In this document: piece after piece, positions 47,492 to 58,400 of the stretch
Numbering within the stretch: the first letter of the stretch is position 1
Layout: every line of letters starts with the position of its first letter
Source of the DNA: a virus
Taxonomy: Duplodnaviria > Caudoviricetes
Virus record (IMG/VR): IMGVR_UViG_2784746770_000001
Location: 1 to 64,000 of that record
Reading direction: 5' to 3' (one strand)
DNA: 64,000 bases
The notes under the pieces: generated by a model
The model's database searches: none
Seen by the model: the letters and a program-made list of their open reading frames with translations, nothing else
Told to the model about the DNA's origin: nothing
Made by a program: the position numbers and the translations under genes

Positions 47492-50400
47492 GGGCATGCA
47501 GGCCGGCCGCCTTGAAGTGCCGGTGGTTGCCTCCCTCGCAGGGTTCGCCGAAGAGCTGCGGACCAAGGTGGAGGCAGCAGCCGAGGGCCTGGCCGTCAAG
47601 GTCAAGGTCAAGGTCGATACCACGGGTCTGCGCGAGCGGATCGAGAAGGCCGCCGAGGAGGCGTCCCGTGGTGTCACCGCCAAGGTCCGGGTCCGGGTCG
47701 ACCGCCGCGGCCTGCGCGGCGAGCTCAACGACGTGGCGCGAGAAGCCGCCGACAGCGACGTCCGTGTACCGGTCGACATCGACGAGGGGAGGCGTCGCGG
47801 CGGCAGCCTGATGGACCGGATCAGGTCCCTCCTGGGCGGCGCCCAGCGCGAGGTCGACCGGACACCCGTCGATGTCCCCTTCCAGTTCAAGATGCCGGGA
47901 GGCGGCCGGCGCTCCCTGCGGATGCTCGCGATCGGCGGCATCATCTCGATCTTGCAGCCCGCCATCGCTGCACTCACCCAGTACGGCGGTGCGGTCGTCG
48001 CCCTCGCCTCCTCGATGGCCCCGGCCGTCGGTGTTCTTGGCGCGGTCCCGGGGCTCATCGCGGCGGCCGGCACCGCGGCCATCGGCACGAAGGTTGCGTT
48101 CTCCGGCTTCGGCGAAGCGCTGAAGCAGAACCTGCGGATGTACGAGCAGACGGCCGCAGGTATGAAGCGGACCAAGGCCCAGGAGCAGCAACTCGCCTCC
48201 GCGATGGGCAAGCTGTCGGAGTCCGCACAAAAGGCTGTCGTTACGGTTGCTGACCTGGGTGACGAATGGCGCAAGATGCGCCAGTCTGTACAGGAGCGCT
48301 TCTTCTCGAATGTTGCGGACGACATCCAGCCGCTGTCGGACTCGGTGCTGCCGCTGCTGCAGGACTCCCTCGGGGACTCGGCCGCCCAGATGGGTGTGCT
48401 CGCCCAGCGCGGCGCCCGGTTCATGCAGACCGGGATCTTCAAGAGCGACTTCAAGAAGATCGCCGGGACCAACTCGAAGGTCATCGGCAACCTGACCGAT
48501 GGCCTGGGGAACCTCGGCCGGGCCTCCCTCGACTTCCTGGTGGCCTCTGGCCCCTTCGTCGAGAGGATCGGTGCGGCAGGCGAGCGCTTCACCCAGTGGG
48601 TGCGGGCATCGGCCGCCGCTGGACGCTCCACCGGCTCGCTCGGCAAGTTCCTGGACCACGCTGCCGAGAAGGCCAAGCAACTCGGTCGTACCACCCTGTA
48701 CCTCGGCCGTGGCCTCGCCGGCGTCGGCCGCGCCGGCATGGACGCGGGCAACGCGCTCTTCGACGGCCTCGAAGCCGCCATGCTCCGCTTCGACCGGTGG
48801 GCCAACAGCGCCAAGGGCAAGAAGTCGATGGAGAAGTTCTTCTCCGACGCCGCGCCCACGTTCCACGAGCTGAACGCACTCGTCGGCGACCTCGTCCGCG
48901 GACTCGGCCGGATGGCCAAGGACAACGGGATCACGGATCTCGTCCGGCAGATCCGCACCGAGCTGATGCCCGGCATCGGCGCCTTCCTCAACTCGATCGG
49001 CCGCAGCGTCGGACCCGCCGTCATCGGCATCATCTCCAACATCGCGCAAGCCATCGCCACCCTCTCCTCCGCGGGAACCGGGCTCGGCGTGCTCCTGACG
49101 TCCTTCAACGGCCTGCTGAACGTCTTCAACAAGCTGACGGACGTGATTCCTGGCCTCGGCACCGGCCTCGGGATCCTCCTCGGCACGATGCTCGCCTTCA
49201 AGGTCGTGCGCGGCATCTCCAGCGCCCTGAGCGGGATGGTCACCTCCGTCCGCAACCTCGGAACGGCAACCAGCGTTGCCAACGGCGCCATGGGCCCTCA
49301 GATCAGCGTGTGGCAGCGCATGCAGGGCGCCTACGCGGGGGCGGCCTCCGGCGCGGGCCGGGTGACTGGGGCGCTGCGGGCTGCAGGCGCGGCGGCCGGC
49401 GGGATGCGCGTCGGCATGACCGGGCTCCTCGGTGCGCTCGGCGGCCCATGGGGCGCGGCCATCGCCGCCGTCACCATCGGCATCGGCCTCCTCGCCAACC
49501 AGCACGAGAAAGCCGCCCGTGCTGCCGAAGCACAAGAGCAGCGGATCAGCTCCCTCACACAGGCGTTCCGTGACTCCAACGGCGCCATCGACGCCAACGT
49601 GAGGGCCCAGGCCGTACAGCTCTTGCAAGACGCCAAGCTGCACGACGGCAAGACCAAGCTCGTCGACAAGCTGCGCGACGTGGGAGTCAACCTCACCCAA
49701 CTCACCGACGCCTACCTGGACCAGGGCGACGGCCTGGACAAGCTCGAATCGAAGTTCCGGAACCTCGCCGACGCGAACCAGGAGTACATCGAGAAGGGGC
49801 GTGACGTCTGGGTCAAGGGCGACGGTGCCGAGTCCAAGCGGTATCGGTCGGCAGCCGATGCCCTGAGAAGCCTGAACGGCGAGCTGTCGGAGAGCATGCG
49901 CACAGCCCGTGAAGGCGCGGATGCGATGAACGGCGCCGGCAATGCAGGCACGGACTCGTTCAGCCGCCTCAAGACCGCTGTCGACGGCATGTCGAACTCC
50001 ACCGCCTCGGCAGACGACCGGGTCAACAGCCTCAAGCGGGCCCTCGACGCGCTCACCGGTGGAACGCAGTCGTTCCACGACGCCCAGACCCGCGTCAACT
50101 CGGCGATCATCTCCGTGAACGACGCGATGGAGGCCAACACCAGCAAGCTCAAGAACGCCTCCAAGGAGCTCATCCAGTACGACGGATCGGTCAACACCGC
50201 CACCAAGAGCGGCCAGCAGTTCAACAGCCACCTCACCGAACTACGGGACTCCGCTTCCGCGGCTGCGGTGGCTGCATTCGACATGGCGAAGAACAACGGC
50301 ACCCCGCTCGCTGACGCGCTCCGCACCGGGCAGAGCGAGATGACGAAGGCCCGCGAGGCGGCCATCGCGTACGGCCGAGACCTGGGGCTGACGAAGGAAC

Positions 50401-51509
50401 AGGCCGCAGGTCTCGCGGACAAGATGGGACTGATGCCCTCCACGGTGAGCATCCTGCTCAGTGCGAAGGGGATACCCGAGGCGAACGCACAGATCCTCGG
50501 GCTTCAGACACAGCTCGCGTCCCTGCCGCCCGGCAAGTCGGTCTCCGTCAAGGCCCCCAACGCCGAGGCCATCGCCGCGCTGCGCGCCGTCGGCTTCCAG
50601 GTCGCCACCCTCCCCGACGGGAAGAACGTGTCGATCACTGCACCGACCGGCGGCGCCCGCGGCCAGCTCGCCATGCTGATCGACTCGCTTGCCGCGACGC
50701 CGGCGAACAAGAACGTCTCGGTCAAGGCCCTGATCAAGACGGCCGCGGACGACCTCACTGCCGTCCGCGACAAGGTCGCGGCCCTGCCCGCCGGCAAGAC
50801 GCTCAAGATGGATGCCCCGACCAAGCTCGCGCAGGCAGAGCTTAAGGCCCTGGGCTTCAAGATCAAGGAAGTCCCTGGCACTAAGAAGGTCGAGATCATG
50901 GCCCCCACGGCGCCAGTGATCCAGAACGTCCGCGACATCCAGAGCCGCATCAACGCTCTGACCGGCAGGACGGTCCACGTGACCGTCCAGTACCACTCGG
51001 TCGGCAAGCCGACTGTCGTCAACCAGCAGGCGGACGGCGGGATCGTCCGGTTCGCCCAAGGCGGGATCCACCGAGTACGGAACCGTGTCCGGGCCTTCGC
51101 GAACGGCGTCGAGAAGCACATCGCCCAAATCGCGCGACCGGGCGAGTGGCGCCTGTGGGCTGAGCCGGAGACCGGCGGCGAGGCATACATTCCCCTCGCC
51201 CCGTCCAAGCGCAGGCGGTCCGCCGCGATCCTCGACGAGGTGGCCCAGATGTTCGGCGGCCGGGTCGTGTACTTCGCCAACGGGGCCTTGCGCCAGTACG
51301 CGGACGGTGCCACCCGACTACACCAGAGCACTGCCTCTTCTGCTGCACCGCGTCCCGCCGTTTCTCTGGGAAACGCCCGGGCCGCTCTCGTCGGCGGCGA
51401 CTTCAACCTGACGATGACGAGCCGTCCTATGTCACCGGGTGAAGCCGTCAGCGACGCGATGTTCGAGCTTCGACGGATCAAATTGGGAGGTTCCTATGCC
51501 GCCGGCTGA
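47484..51509 (+). CDS. Tape measure protein
   Basis: 1341 aa, Ala/Gly-rich and helical; AGRLEV.V N-terminus, GGPWG, C-terminal WAEPETGGEAYIPL. Confidence 0.93.
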   Translation: MSEGMQAGRLEVPVVASLAGFAEELRTKVEAAAEGLAVKVKVKVDTTGLRERIEKAAEEASRGVTAKVRVRVDRRGLRGELNDVAREAADSDVRVPVDIDEGRRRGGSLMDRIRSLLGGAQREVDRTPVDVPFQFKMPGGGRRSLRMLAIGGIISILQPAIAALTQYGGAVVALASSMAPAVGVLGAVPGLIAAAGTAAIGTKVAFSGFGEALKQNLRMYEQTAAGMKRTKAQEQQLASAMGKLSESAQKAVVTVADLGDEWRKMRQSVQERFFSNVADDIQPLSDSVLPLLQDSLGDSAAQMGVLAQRGARFMQTGIFKSDFKKIAGTNSKVIGNLTDGLGNLGRASLDFLVASGPFVERIGAAGERFTQWVRASAAAGRSTGSLGKFLDHAAEKAKQLGRTTLYLGRGLAGVGRAGMDAGNALFDGLEAAMLRFDRWANSAKGKKSMEKFFSDAAPTFHELNALVGDLVRGLGRMAKDNGITDLVRQIRTELMPGIGAFLNSIGRSVGPAVIGIISNIAQAIATLSSAGTGLGVLLTSFNGLLNVFNKLTDVIPGLGTGLGILLGTMLAFKVVRGISSALSGMVTSVRNLGTATSVANGAMGPQISVWQRMQGAYAGAASGAGRVTGALRAAGAAAGGMRVGMTGLLGALGGPWGAAIAAVTIGIGLLANQHEKAARAAEAQEQRISSLTQAFRDSNGAIDANVRAQAVQLLQDAKLHDGKTKLVDKLRDVGVNLTQLTDAYLDQGDGLDKLESKFRNLADANQEYIEKGRDVWVKGDGAESKRYRSAADALRSLNGELSESMRTAREGADAMNGAGNAGTDSFSRLKTAVDGMSNSTASADDRVNSLKRALDALTGGTQSFHDAQTRVNSAIISVNDAMEANTSKLKNASKELIQYDGSVNTATKSGQQFNSHLTELRDSASAAAVAAFDMAKNNGTPLADALRTGQSEMTKAREAAIAYGRDLGLTKEQAAGLADKMGLMPSTVSILLSAKGIPEANAQILGLQTQLASLPPGKSVSVKAPNAEAIAALRAVGFQVATLPDGKNVSITAPTGGARGQLAMLIDSLAATPANKNVSVKALIKTAADDLTAVRDKVAALPAGKTLKMDAPTKLAQAELKALGFKIKEVPGTKKVEIMAPTAPVIQNVRDIQSRINALTGRTVHVTVQYHSVGKPTVVNQQADGGIVRFAQGGIHRVRNRVRAFANGVEKHIAQIARPGEWRLWAEPETGGEAYIPLAPSKRRRSAAILDEVAQMFGGRVVYFANGALRQYADGATRLHQSTASSAAPRPAVSLGNARAALVGGDFNLTMTSRPMSPGEAVSDAMFELRRIKLGGSYAAG

Positions 51510-52525
51510 GGGCGAGTGGCGCCTGTGGTACTCCGCTTACAGGATGTACGCGGGGGCCGACTACACCTTCGGTACGCTCCACACAGGGTGCTACCTGACC
51601 GCGCCGTACGAGATCACCCTCGGGGACTCCGATGTGGGCGACTTCGAGCTGCCGCGCAACGACGGGATCCGCTTCGGCAGGGATCGGAGGGCGGCCAACA
51701 AGATCACCTTCGAGTTGGGCGTCGATGCGATTGGCGCCGCGACCACACGCCTGGGCCGCCATGGGGCCGGGCTCTCGAAGCTGTCTCAGTTCGCGCAGGC
51801 ATGGGATGCCGAGGCGCTGCGACTTCAGTACGGGCATTCGGCGGTGCTGTCGACCACCCAGGGCGGCCGAAGCCGCCGCTTCTACGGCCGCCCCCGCAAG
51901 TGGGCGGCGGCTGGCTCACGGCTGACCCGGCAGGGCTACACCCCGGTCGTCGCGGAATTTCAGTGTGTGGACGACACTGCGTACGACGACGTCGAGCAGG
52001 TCGAACGCGTGCCGCTGCGCTGGGTCCAGGCACCGCGCGGCATCAGCGGCCCGATCGCTCGCCGAATCTGGACACCTGGCACACCGAATCCGGACCGCTG
52101 GCACCCGGCGCCTCCCGCCCCCGGGCCGCCGGAGCCGCCCCCAGGGGATGTGGTCAACCGGGGCACGAAGCCAACGTGGCCAGTGATCACCATCTACGGG
52201 CAGATCACCAACCCCGTGGTCAAGCTGCAAGGCCGCTGGACGGTGAACCTCGACCTCTCCCTCAAGGCCGGCGAGAAGGTGACGATCGACACCAGGCCCT
52301 GGATCGCGACCGTCACCAGGGGCAGTGCGTCAGTGGCCGGCCTGATCCGCCGTGGCTCGCCCCGCCTGGACCAGATGCGCATGCCGCCCGGACGCTGCAT
52401 CTTCGACATCGACGGCAAGGGCGCACCAGACGCGTACATGACGGTGGCCTGGCGAGACGCCTACTCGTACTTGTAGCCGCCGAGGCCCAGCACGCCGAGA
52501 CACAAAGCGTTTCTCTGGGAAACGC
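51359..52525. repeat. Two copies of the near-palindrome CGTTTCTCTGGGAAACGC (51359-51376, 52508-52525)
   Basis: Identical 18-mers flanking the distal-tail gene. Confidence 0.7.
51496..52476 (+). CDS. Distal tail (Dit-like) protein
   Basis: Follows TMP; PRNDG..FGRD, YGRPR, N.G...TWPVITIYG..NP, WRDAY; GGAGG RBS. Confidence 0.8.
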   Translation: MPPAEGEWRLWYSAYRMYAGADYTFGTLHTGCYLTAPYEITLGDSDVGDFELPRNDGIRFGRDRRAANKITFELGVDAIGAATTRLGRHGAGLSKLSQFAQAWDAEALRLQYGHSAVLSTTQGGRSRRFYGRPRKWAAAGSRLTRQGYTPVVAEFQCVDDTAYDDVEQVERVPLRWVQAPRGISGPIARRIWTPGTPNPDRWHPAPPAPGPPEPPPGDVVNRGTKPTWPVITIYGQITNPVVKLQGRWTVNLDLSLKAGEKVTIDTRPWIATVTRGSASVAGLIRRGSPRLDQMRMPPGRCIFDIDGKGAPDAYMTVAWRDAYSYL

Positions 52526-52564
52526 TGCGCCCTTCCATCAGGTTGATCAACGAAGGGGCGCAGG

Positions 52565-53545
52565 ATGTGGGACGGGGTTCCCTGGTACATCGAGGGCGGA
52601 GCGCTGCATTCCGAGGCCACGCTGCGGCTGCTGGCGTTCGCTGCCTTCGGGGGCAACGAGGGAGTGGTCGGGGCGAAGGACCTGGCCGTGCGGGCGCTGA
52701 CGCAGCCCGACGCGAGCGTGCAGGCGCTCCCGGGGGCGTGCGCGGTCCTGAACCGGGCCGAGGGCTCCTCGTACCAGGCGTACGCCGGGCGGCTGCCGGT
52801 CGCAGACACGATCCCGATTGCGTCAACCGGGAGTCAGCCGCGCAGCGACCTGATCATCGCCCGCGTGGAGAACCCCTACTCGCCCGGAGAGGCATGGCCG
52901 CTGCCCGAGGACATCGAGGCAGGCCCGTACGTCTTCACCCGGGTCATCCCCGGGGTGCAGCCGACAACGGTCGCCCGTGACCTCGCGACGCTGGCGCCCC
53001 GGGACTCGGCGATCGCCCTGGCCCGCATCGACCTCCCCCCGAACACCACCAGCATCACCCAGGACATGATCACGGACCTCCGGTCGATCGCGAACCCGCG
53101 GCACGAGCGGATCCAGCGGAACGCGCAACTCAGCGCGGCCACGGTGCTGGGCTACCTAGACGGCTCCTGGCAGAACTGGCCGGGGGAGGTGACGAGCTGG
53201 AACCTGAACATCCCGCTGTGGGCCACGCACGCCAAGGTGAAGCTGACCTTGTCCGGCCTCCGGATGTCTGGCGGCGTCGTGGCCGGCTCCATGCGGCTGC
53301 TCCTGGGCGAAGGGCTCGGAGCGGAGGTTCCCATCGGCGACGAGCAGGCATCCGCCATCCGGCGCCGCGCGGTGTTGCTCTCGACCGAGTTCCCCATCGC
53401 CGACGACCTGCGGGCCACCACCCAGGCCCTGACCGTGCAGACCAAGATCAGTGCGGCAGGCGGGGACGTGCAGGTCGACGCCTCCACATGGATCACGCTC
53501 GACGTGGAGTTCTCCGAGGCCCCCGACGAGGTCGAGGCGGTGTGA
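52565..53545 (+). CDS. Minor tail protein
   Basis: PW.I.GGA.HS, RSDLIIARVENP, LARIDLP.NT..IT..MITDLR. Confidence 0.75.
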   Translation: MWDGVPWYIEGGALHSEATLRLLAFAAFGGNEGVVGAKDLAVRALTQPDASVQALPGACAVLNRAEGSSYQAYAGRLPVADTIPIASTGSQPRSDLIIARVENPYSPGEAWPLPEDIEAGPYVFTRVIPGVQPTTVARDLATLAPRDSAIALARIDLPPNTTSITQDMITDLRSIANPRHERIQRNAQLSAATVLGYLDGSWQNWPGEVTSWNLNIPLWATHAKVKLTLSGLRMSGGVVAGSMRLLLGEGLGAEVPIGDEQASAIRRRAVLLSTEFPIADDLRATTQALTVQTKISAAGGDVQVDASTWITLDVEFSEAPDEVEAV

Positions 53546-53546
53546 C

Positions 53547-54746
53547 GTGCAGGACTGGCGATTCATCGCTCAGAGGGCTCTGCCGGAGACGATCCTCGAC
53601 TGGGAAGTCCCCCTCTCCCTGACGTCCAACCCCCGCCGAGAGCTGTCCGGGCCTGGGTCGATGACGGGGGTGATCGAGCCGGAGTACCAGCGCATGATCG
53701 GCTCCGACGGCAAGCCGATCATCCAGGAGTGGGGCACCAAGCTCTACCTGGAGGTCAACGGGGCGATCAGGTGGGGAGGGATCGTCACCAAGACCTCCTA
53801 CGACAGCGGGAAGGCGACCATCCAGTGCGAGGGCTTCTCCTCGTACGCGCACGGCATCCCGTACGAGGACTACCGGATCTCCGGCCAGCTGATCACCCCG
53901 AAAGACCCGTACGCCGGCAAGGACAAAAACCACGATGGGTGGGTGGACGGGAAGAAGGGCAAACAGCGCATCCCCAAGCCCCCCAAGCCGTACGGCGGGC
54001 CGCGCTTTGACGTCTTCGACGCCTACCGGGAGATCTGGCGCCACATCCAGACCCGCTCGTACGGCAACATCGGGCTGGTCGTCGACCCACACGACCTCGG
54101 CGAGCCCCTGGGCGCAAAGGACGGATCAGACCCCTGGGAGCTCGCGTGGTGGGACAACCCCGACTGCGGACAGGTCCTCGACACCCTGACCCGGACCACC
54201 CCCTTTGACTGGCGCGAAGAGCACACCTGGGCCTCCCGCATCGGAAACAAGATCTCCCACCGGATCCGGCTCGGGAGGCCGCGCCTGGGCCGGCGTCGTA
54301 CCGATCTGCGTTTCGCCGACGGCGAGAACATCATCGCCATCGCGCGCCCCGAGGGGATGGGCGACGAGTACGCCAACGACATCGTCGTCCTGGGCAAGGG
54401 CGAGGGCCGCAAGATGGCGAGGGCGCAGGTCCACGCCTACGACGGCCGACTGCGCCGCGTCGCGACGGTGACGGACAAGACGCTCTCCTCCGCCTCCGCG
54501 CTCGCCACCCGCGGCCGCGCCGAACTTGCCGGACGCACACGCCAGCTCCAGATTCCGCAGATCCAGATCATCGACCACCCCAACGCGAGGTTCGGGTCGT
54601 GGGCGCTCGGCGACGACATCCGCGTCCAGGTCGAAGTCCCGTGGGTCGGAGTCGTCGACGTCTGGCACCGGATCATCGCCGACGAGGTCAGCGCCGACGG
54701 CATCCTGACCCTCTATCTGCGCCGCTCCGACAGCTTCCACTACTGA
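53547..54746 (+). CDS. Minor tail / baseplate hub protein
   Basis: ELSGPG, IRWGGI, RLGRRRTDLRF..GEN, LG.GEG, GDDIRV. Confidence 0.75.
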   Translation: MQDWRFIAQRALPETILDWEVPLSLTSNPRRELSGPGSMTGVIEPEYQRMIGSDGKPIIQEWGTKLYLEVNGAIRWGGIVTKTSYDSGKATIQCEGFSSYAHGIPYEDYRISGQLITPKDPYAGKDKNHDGWVDGKKGKQRIPKPPKPYGGPRFDVFDAYREIWRHIQTRSYGNIGLVVDPHDLGEPLGAKDGSDPWELAWWDNPDCGQVLDTLTRTTPFDWREEHTWASRIGNKISHRIRLGRPRLGRRRTDLRFADGENIIAIARPEGMGDEYANDIVVLGKGEGRKMARAQVHAYDGRLRRVATVTDKTLSSASALATRGRAELAGRTRQLQIPQIQIIDHPNARFGSWALGDDIRVQVEVPWVGVVDVWHRIIADEVSADGILTLYLRRSDSFHY

Positions 54747-54800
54747 CCGGCCCCGGCCAGCGGGCGACACTAACCCCAGCGATCCTCACCATGCCCGGCC

Positions 54801-57347
54801 ATGGTGAGGATTCTGGAGACGGCCACAGGGGCGCAGGGGCTCGCCCGCGCCCTGCACGACTTCGAGCTGCGGCTGCGGGCCGTCGAGCGCAGCACGCAGG
54901 CTTCGCACACGTCCATCGAGGGCGGTGCGATGGACATCTACGACGAGCAGGGCCAGCTCAAGGGCAGCGTGGGCGTGCAGCCCGACGGCGGCGTCGCCCT
55001 GGTCCCGGTCAACACCGACCCGCCGCCGACCCCCATGCCGCCGACCGTCGAACCGGTCCTCGCCGGGCTGGTCATCGGCTGGGACGGCACCTGGGACGAC
55101 GCCTACTCCAGTCCCAGCGACTTCTCCCTCGTCCAGGTCCACGTCGGCCCCACCGCCGACTTCACCCCCGACCTGTCCACGCACGTCGCCACGATCACCG
55201 CGCAGCTCGGCGGGACCGTCACCGTCGCGATCGAGGGCTACAGCCCGGTGTGGGCGCGGCTCGTCGCGCAGAACACCGCGCAGGTCACCGGGGTGCCGTC
55301 CGGCGCCACGCAGGGCACGCCCCGGCAGGCCGTAGGCCAGGACCTCATCGACGGGATCATCTCCGAGGTCAAGCTCGCCACCGACGCGGTCACCGCGGCG
55401 AAGATCGCCCTCGGCGCCGTCACCGAGGGCGCCATCGCCAACAACGCGGTCACCGCCGGGAAGATCCTCGCCGGGTCGGTCACCACCGCCCACCTGACCG
55501 CCCTCGCCGTGACCGCGGAGAAGATCGCCGCGCTCGCCATCACCACCGAGAAGATCGCCGCCCTGGCGATCACCGCGGACAAGCTCGCCGTGAACGCGGT
55601 GACGGCGACGAAGATTGCCGCCGGAACCATCGACGCCACCCACATCAAGACCGGCTCGCTCACCGCCGAGAAACTCGCCCTCGGCGTCGACGGCAACGTC
55701 ATCCCCGACCCCTCCTTCGAGGGCGCCATCTCCGCCCAGCGCGTGGCGGGCCTGCCCGACTGGACGATCGCCACCACCGGCAACGGCACCCCCCGCTCCC
55801 TGCGCACCGACCTCAGCGTGGACCCCAACCCGGGCAAGACGTTGCTCCTCGCCGAGCTGCCCGCGGTCCCCGGACAGAAGTTCTGGTTCGCTGCCGACTA
55901 CATGGTCCCCACGGACAGCACCGTCGAGAGCATCACCATGTGGGTCGAGTGGCGCGACCAGAACGGCAACTATGTCGAGGACTCCAGGATCCAGCTCACC
56001 GGCACCGCGGTTGTGAAGGGCGGGTGGAAACGGATCTCCGGGGTCCCGGACAAGGCCGCGGCCGCGAACACGACCACGGCCCGCATCTTCATCGGCGGGG
56101 TCGTACGGGCGGGCGCCCTGTACTTCGACAACGCGGCCGCCCGGGTGGTGCTTGCCTCCGGCTTCGCTGGGGCTCGCGCCGAGCTGAGCCCCCGCGGCTT
56201 GCAGCTCTTCGACGACGACGGCGAGGAGGCCGTCGCACTGGTCACCGGCCGCCCCAACTATCTGACTCTCTCGGACAACGGGCAGCCCGTCGCCACCATC
56301 GACCAGGGCGGGAACGCCGCCTTCGGCAACCTCGCCGTTGCCGGGACCCTCGAAGTCGGCGGCGACCCGCTGGAGAAGATCCTCGCCCAGTACCCCCGCG
56401 GCCTCGTCGCCCTCGACTACATGGCCACCGCGGTCCAGGCCGGGACCACCGAGTACGGATACGTGGAGCTCGCGTTCGACGCGGACCCCACCCGCATGTA
56501 CCGGATCGTCTTCGACGCCTACGCGGACCCGTCCGTAGGAGGAGGAGAGGTCGCGGTCGTCCTGCGCGACGGAGGCGCCTCCACCCCCTCGATCAACTCC
56601 ACCCAGATCCAGTCGATCACTCAGCCCCTGGTGTGGGCCGGATGGAACCGGGTCCACCTGGAGACCATCCGGTCCGGGGCTGCGTTCGGCGCAGGCCTCC
56701 ACCGCCTCCTGATCTCCTTCTGGGCTCAGGCGGGTCCGGCCGGCCAGACCGTCCGGCTCCTCGGCGCGGCCGGCTACCCCGGCATCTTCTACGTCGAGGA
56801 CGTCGGCCCCTACCTGGGGGAGACCGGCGTTTATAACTCCGGAGGCGGCACTGTCACCCAGCCGGTGAAGACCTACACCAAGACGTACGCCGCCTCATGG
56901 TCCGGCTCGTACTCCAACCGCTCCGCCTACAACTCCTTCTGGGGGAACTCCTGCTACCAGGGCTACTACAGCTCCACCAACGGCATGCAGGCGTCCCTGA
57001 TCGGATTCCCCGCCCAGCTCTCCACCGACCTCTCCGGCGCCAGTATCCAGAAGGCCGAGGTCTACCTCTACTTCGACCACTGGTACTCCAACTCGGGCGG
57101 CACCGCGGTCATCAAGGCCCACAAGCACGCCTCCCGGCCCGCGACCTTCTCCTGCGACGCCGAGTCCAAGGCCGTCACCTGGGCCCGCAATCAGGGTAAA
57201 TGGGTCGATATTACGTCGGTGTTCGATTCCACCTCGTGGCGCGGTATCGCGCTCGACCCGAATAGCTCCTCGCTCACCTACTACGGCCGCGCCCGTGGCG
57301 TCGGCCAGAGCTACCCCCCGCAGCTCAAAGTCACCTACACCAAGTAA
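54801..57347 (+). CDS. Tail fibre / receptor-binding protein with 10-aa VTA.KI repeats and a carbohydrate-binding-like domain
   Basis: FN3-like start (LVIGWDG), about ten AVTA.KIA repeats (~55360-55680), GNVIPDPSFE, Tyr/Trp-rich C-terminus ending P.L.VTY. Confidence 0.8.
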   Translation: MVRILETATGAQGLARALHDFELRLRAVERSTQASHTSIEGGAMDIYDEQGQLKGSVGVQPDGGVALVPVNTDPPPTPMPPTVEPVLAGLVIGWDGTWDDAYSSPSDFSLVQVHVGPTADFTPDLSTHVATITAQLGGTVTVAIEGYSPVWARLVAQNTAQVTGVPSGATQGTPRQAVGQDLIDGIISEVKLATDAVTAAKIALGAVTEGAIANNAVTAGKILAGSVTTAHLTALAVTAEKIAALAITTEKIAALAITADKLAVNAVTATKIAAGTIDATHIKTGSLTAEKLALGVDGNVIPDPSFEGAISAQRVAGLPDWTIATTGNGTPRSLRTDLSVDPNPGKTLLLAELPAVPGQKFWFAADYMVPTDSTVESITMWVEWRDQNGNYVEDSRIQLTGTAVVKGGWKRISGVPDKAAAANTTTARIFIGGVVRAGALYFDNAAARVVLASGFAGARAELSPRGLQLFDDDGEEAVALVTGRPNYLTLSDNGQPVATIDQGGNAAFGNLAVAGTLEVGGDPLEKILAQYPRGLVALDYMATAVQAGTTEYGYVELAFDADPTRMYRIVFDAYADPSVGGGEVAVVLRDGGASTPSINSTQIQSITQPLVWAGWNRVHLETIRSGAAFGAGLHRLLISFWAQAGPAGQTVRLLGAAGYPGIFYVEDVGPYLGETGVYNSGGGTVTQPVKTYTKTYAASWSGSYSNRSAYNSFWGNSCYQGYYSSTNGMQASLIGFPAQLSTDLSGASIQKAEVYLYFDHWYSNSGGTAVIKAHKHASRPATFSCDAESKAVTWARNQGKWVDITSVFDSTSWRGIALDPNSSSLTYYGRARGVGQSYPPQLKVTYTK

Positions 57348-57359
57348 CCGGAGGACCCC

Positions 57360-57710
57360 ATGCCCGTATCCACCCTCGTTGACGAGCACGCCCTCATGTC
57401 CAGCATCACCTTCGCCGCCCGCGTCCGCGCCGGGTACGCCCGCATCGCCCGCGAAGTCCTCGCCGAAGACCCCAGCACCGTCGGCCACCCCCTGCGCTCC
57501 GCGCTCGCCCGCGGCACCCTCAACCCCTCCGACCTCACCGGCCCCGGCTACGCCCCTGTCATCGCCACCGACCCCGTCATCTCCGCCGCGGCCGCCGCCG
57601 GCCACGTCGACGGCCAGCCCGACAGCGCCCAGGCCGCGGTCACCGACGAGATGATCCTCGACGCCGTCCGCCGCGCGTGGAACCTGAACGCCGGCGTCAC
57701 CGGAACGTAG
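57360..57710 (+). CDS. Small tail-associated protein
   Basis: GGAGG RBS; F.ARV...TD..I..AV...WN..AG. Confidence 0.7.
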   Translation: MPVSTLVDEHALMSSITFAARVRAGYARIAREVLAEDPSTVGHPLRSALARGTLNPSDLTGPGYAPVIATDPVISAAAAAGHVDGQPDSAQAAVTDEMILDAVRRAWNLNAGVTGT

Positions 57711-57826
57711 GCGCGCACGCCGCGACACAAGCCGACCGGTCGTGCACCGTACGGCAATGCGGGGAGCCGCGGGCCTCCAGGCCCCGGCTCCCGCGCACCC
57801 ATATCCACTTTCGAGGAGGGGCGCCC

Positions 57827-58327
57827 GTGGACTGGCTCACTTCCCTGGCGCCCGTCATCGGCCCCCTGGCAGGCGCGGGTGGCGTTGTCGCAGGAGCCTG
57901 GTTCAGCTACCGCCAGGTCAAGCGCCGAGGCGACGCCGACGAGCGGGTCGCCTCCGTGCAGGCCGCTACCTCGGCGCAGGCCGCCGAGGGGCAGACCTAC
58001 GTCGAGGCCATGAAGACGGTGACCGCCGGGTTCTCCTCCCTGCTCGACCAGCAGCGAGGGATGCTCGATCAGCAGAAGGTCGTCCTGGAGCAGGAGCGCG
58101 CGGTGCACGCCCAGACCATCGAGCGCGTCACCGTCCTGGAGGCCGGACAGCTCGAACTCCAGCGGGAGGTCCGGCACATGCGTGAGGAGCAGCGCAAGGA
58201 CCGTCGGTGGAAGGCCGCCGCGCTCGACTACATCCGCGTCCTGCTCGACAGCCTCCGCTCGCTGGGCCGCACCGCTCCCGCGCCACCCGACGAGATCGCC
58301 GAGGACATCAACCGGCCCGCCGAGTAG
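57827..58327 (+). CDS. Membrane-anchored coiled-coil protein in the lysis position
   Basis: GAGGAGG RBS; one N-terminal TM, coiled coil, Y...L.......P.PP ending. Confidence 0.7.
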   Translation: MDWLTSLAPVIGPLAGAGGVVAGAWFSYRQVKRRGDADERVASVQAATSAQAAEGQTYVEAMKTVTAGFSSLLDQQRGMLDQQKVVLEQERAVHAQTIERVTVLEAGQLELQREVRHMREEQRKDRRWKAAALDYIRVLLDSLRSLGRTAPAPPDEIAEDINRPAE

Positions 58328-58400
58328 CCACCGCGCGACGCAAGACCCCTGTGCCGTGCAGGGTCCAGTCCTCTCGTCCCCGACAGACAAGGACCCCACC

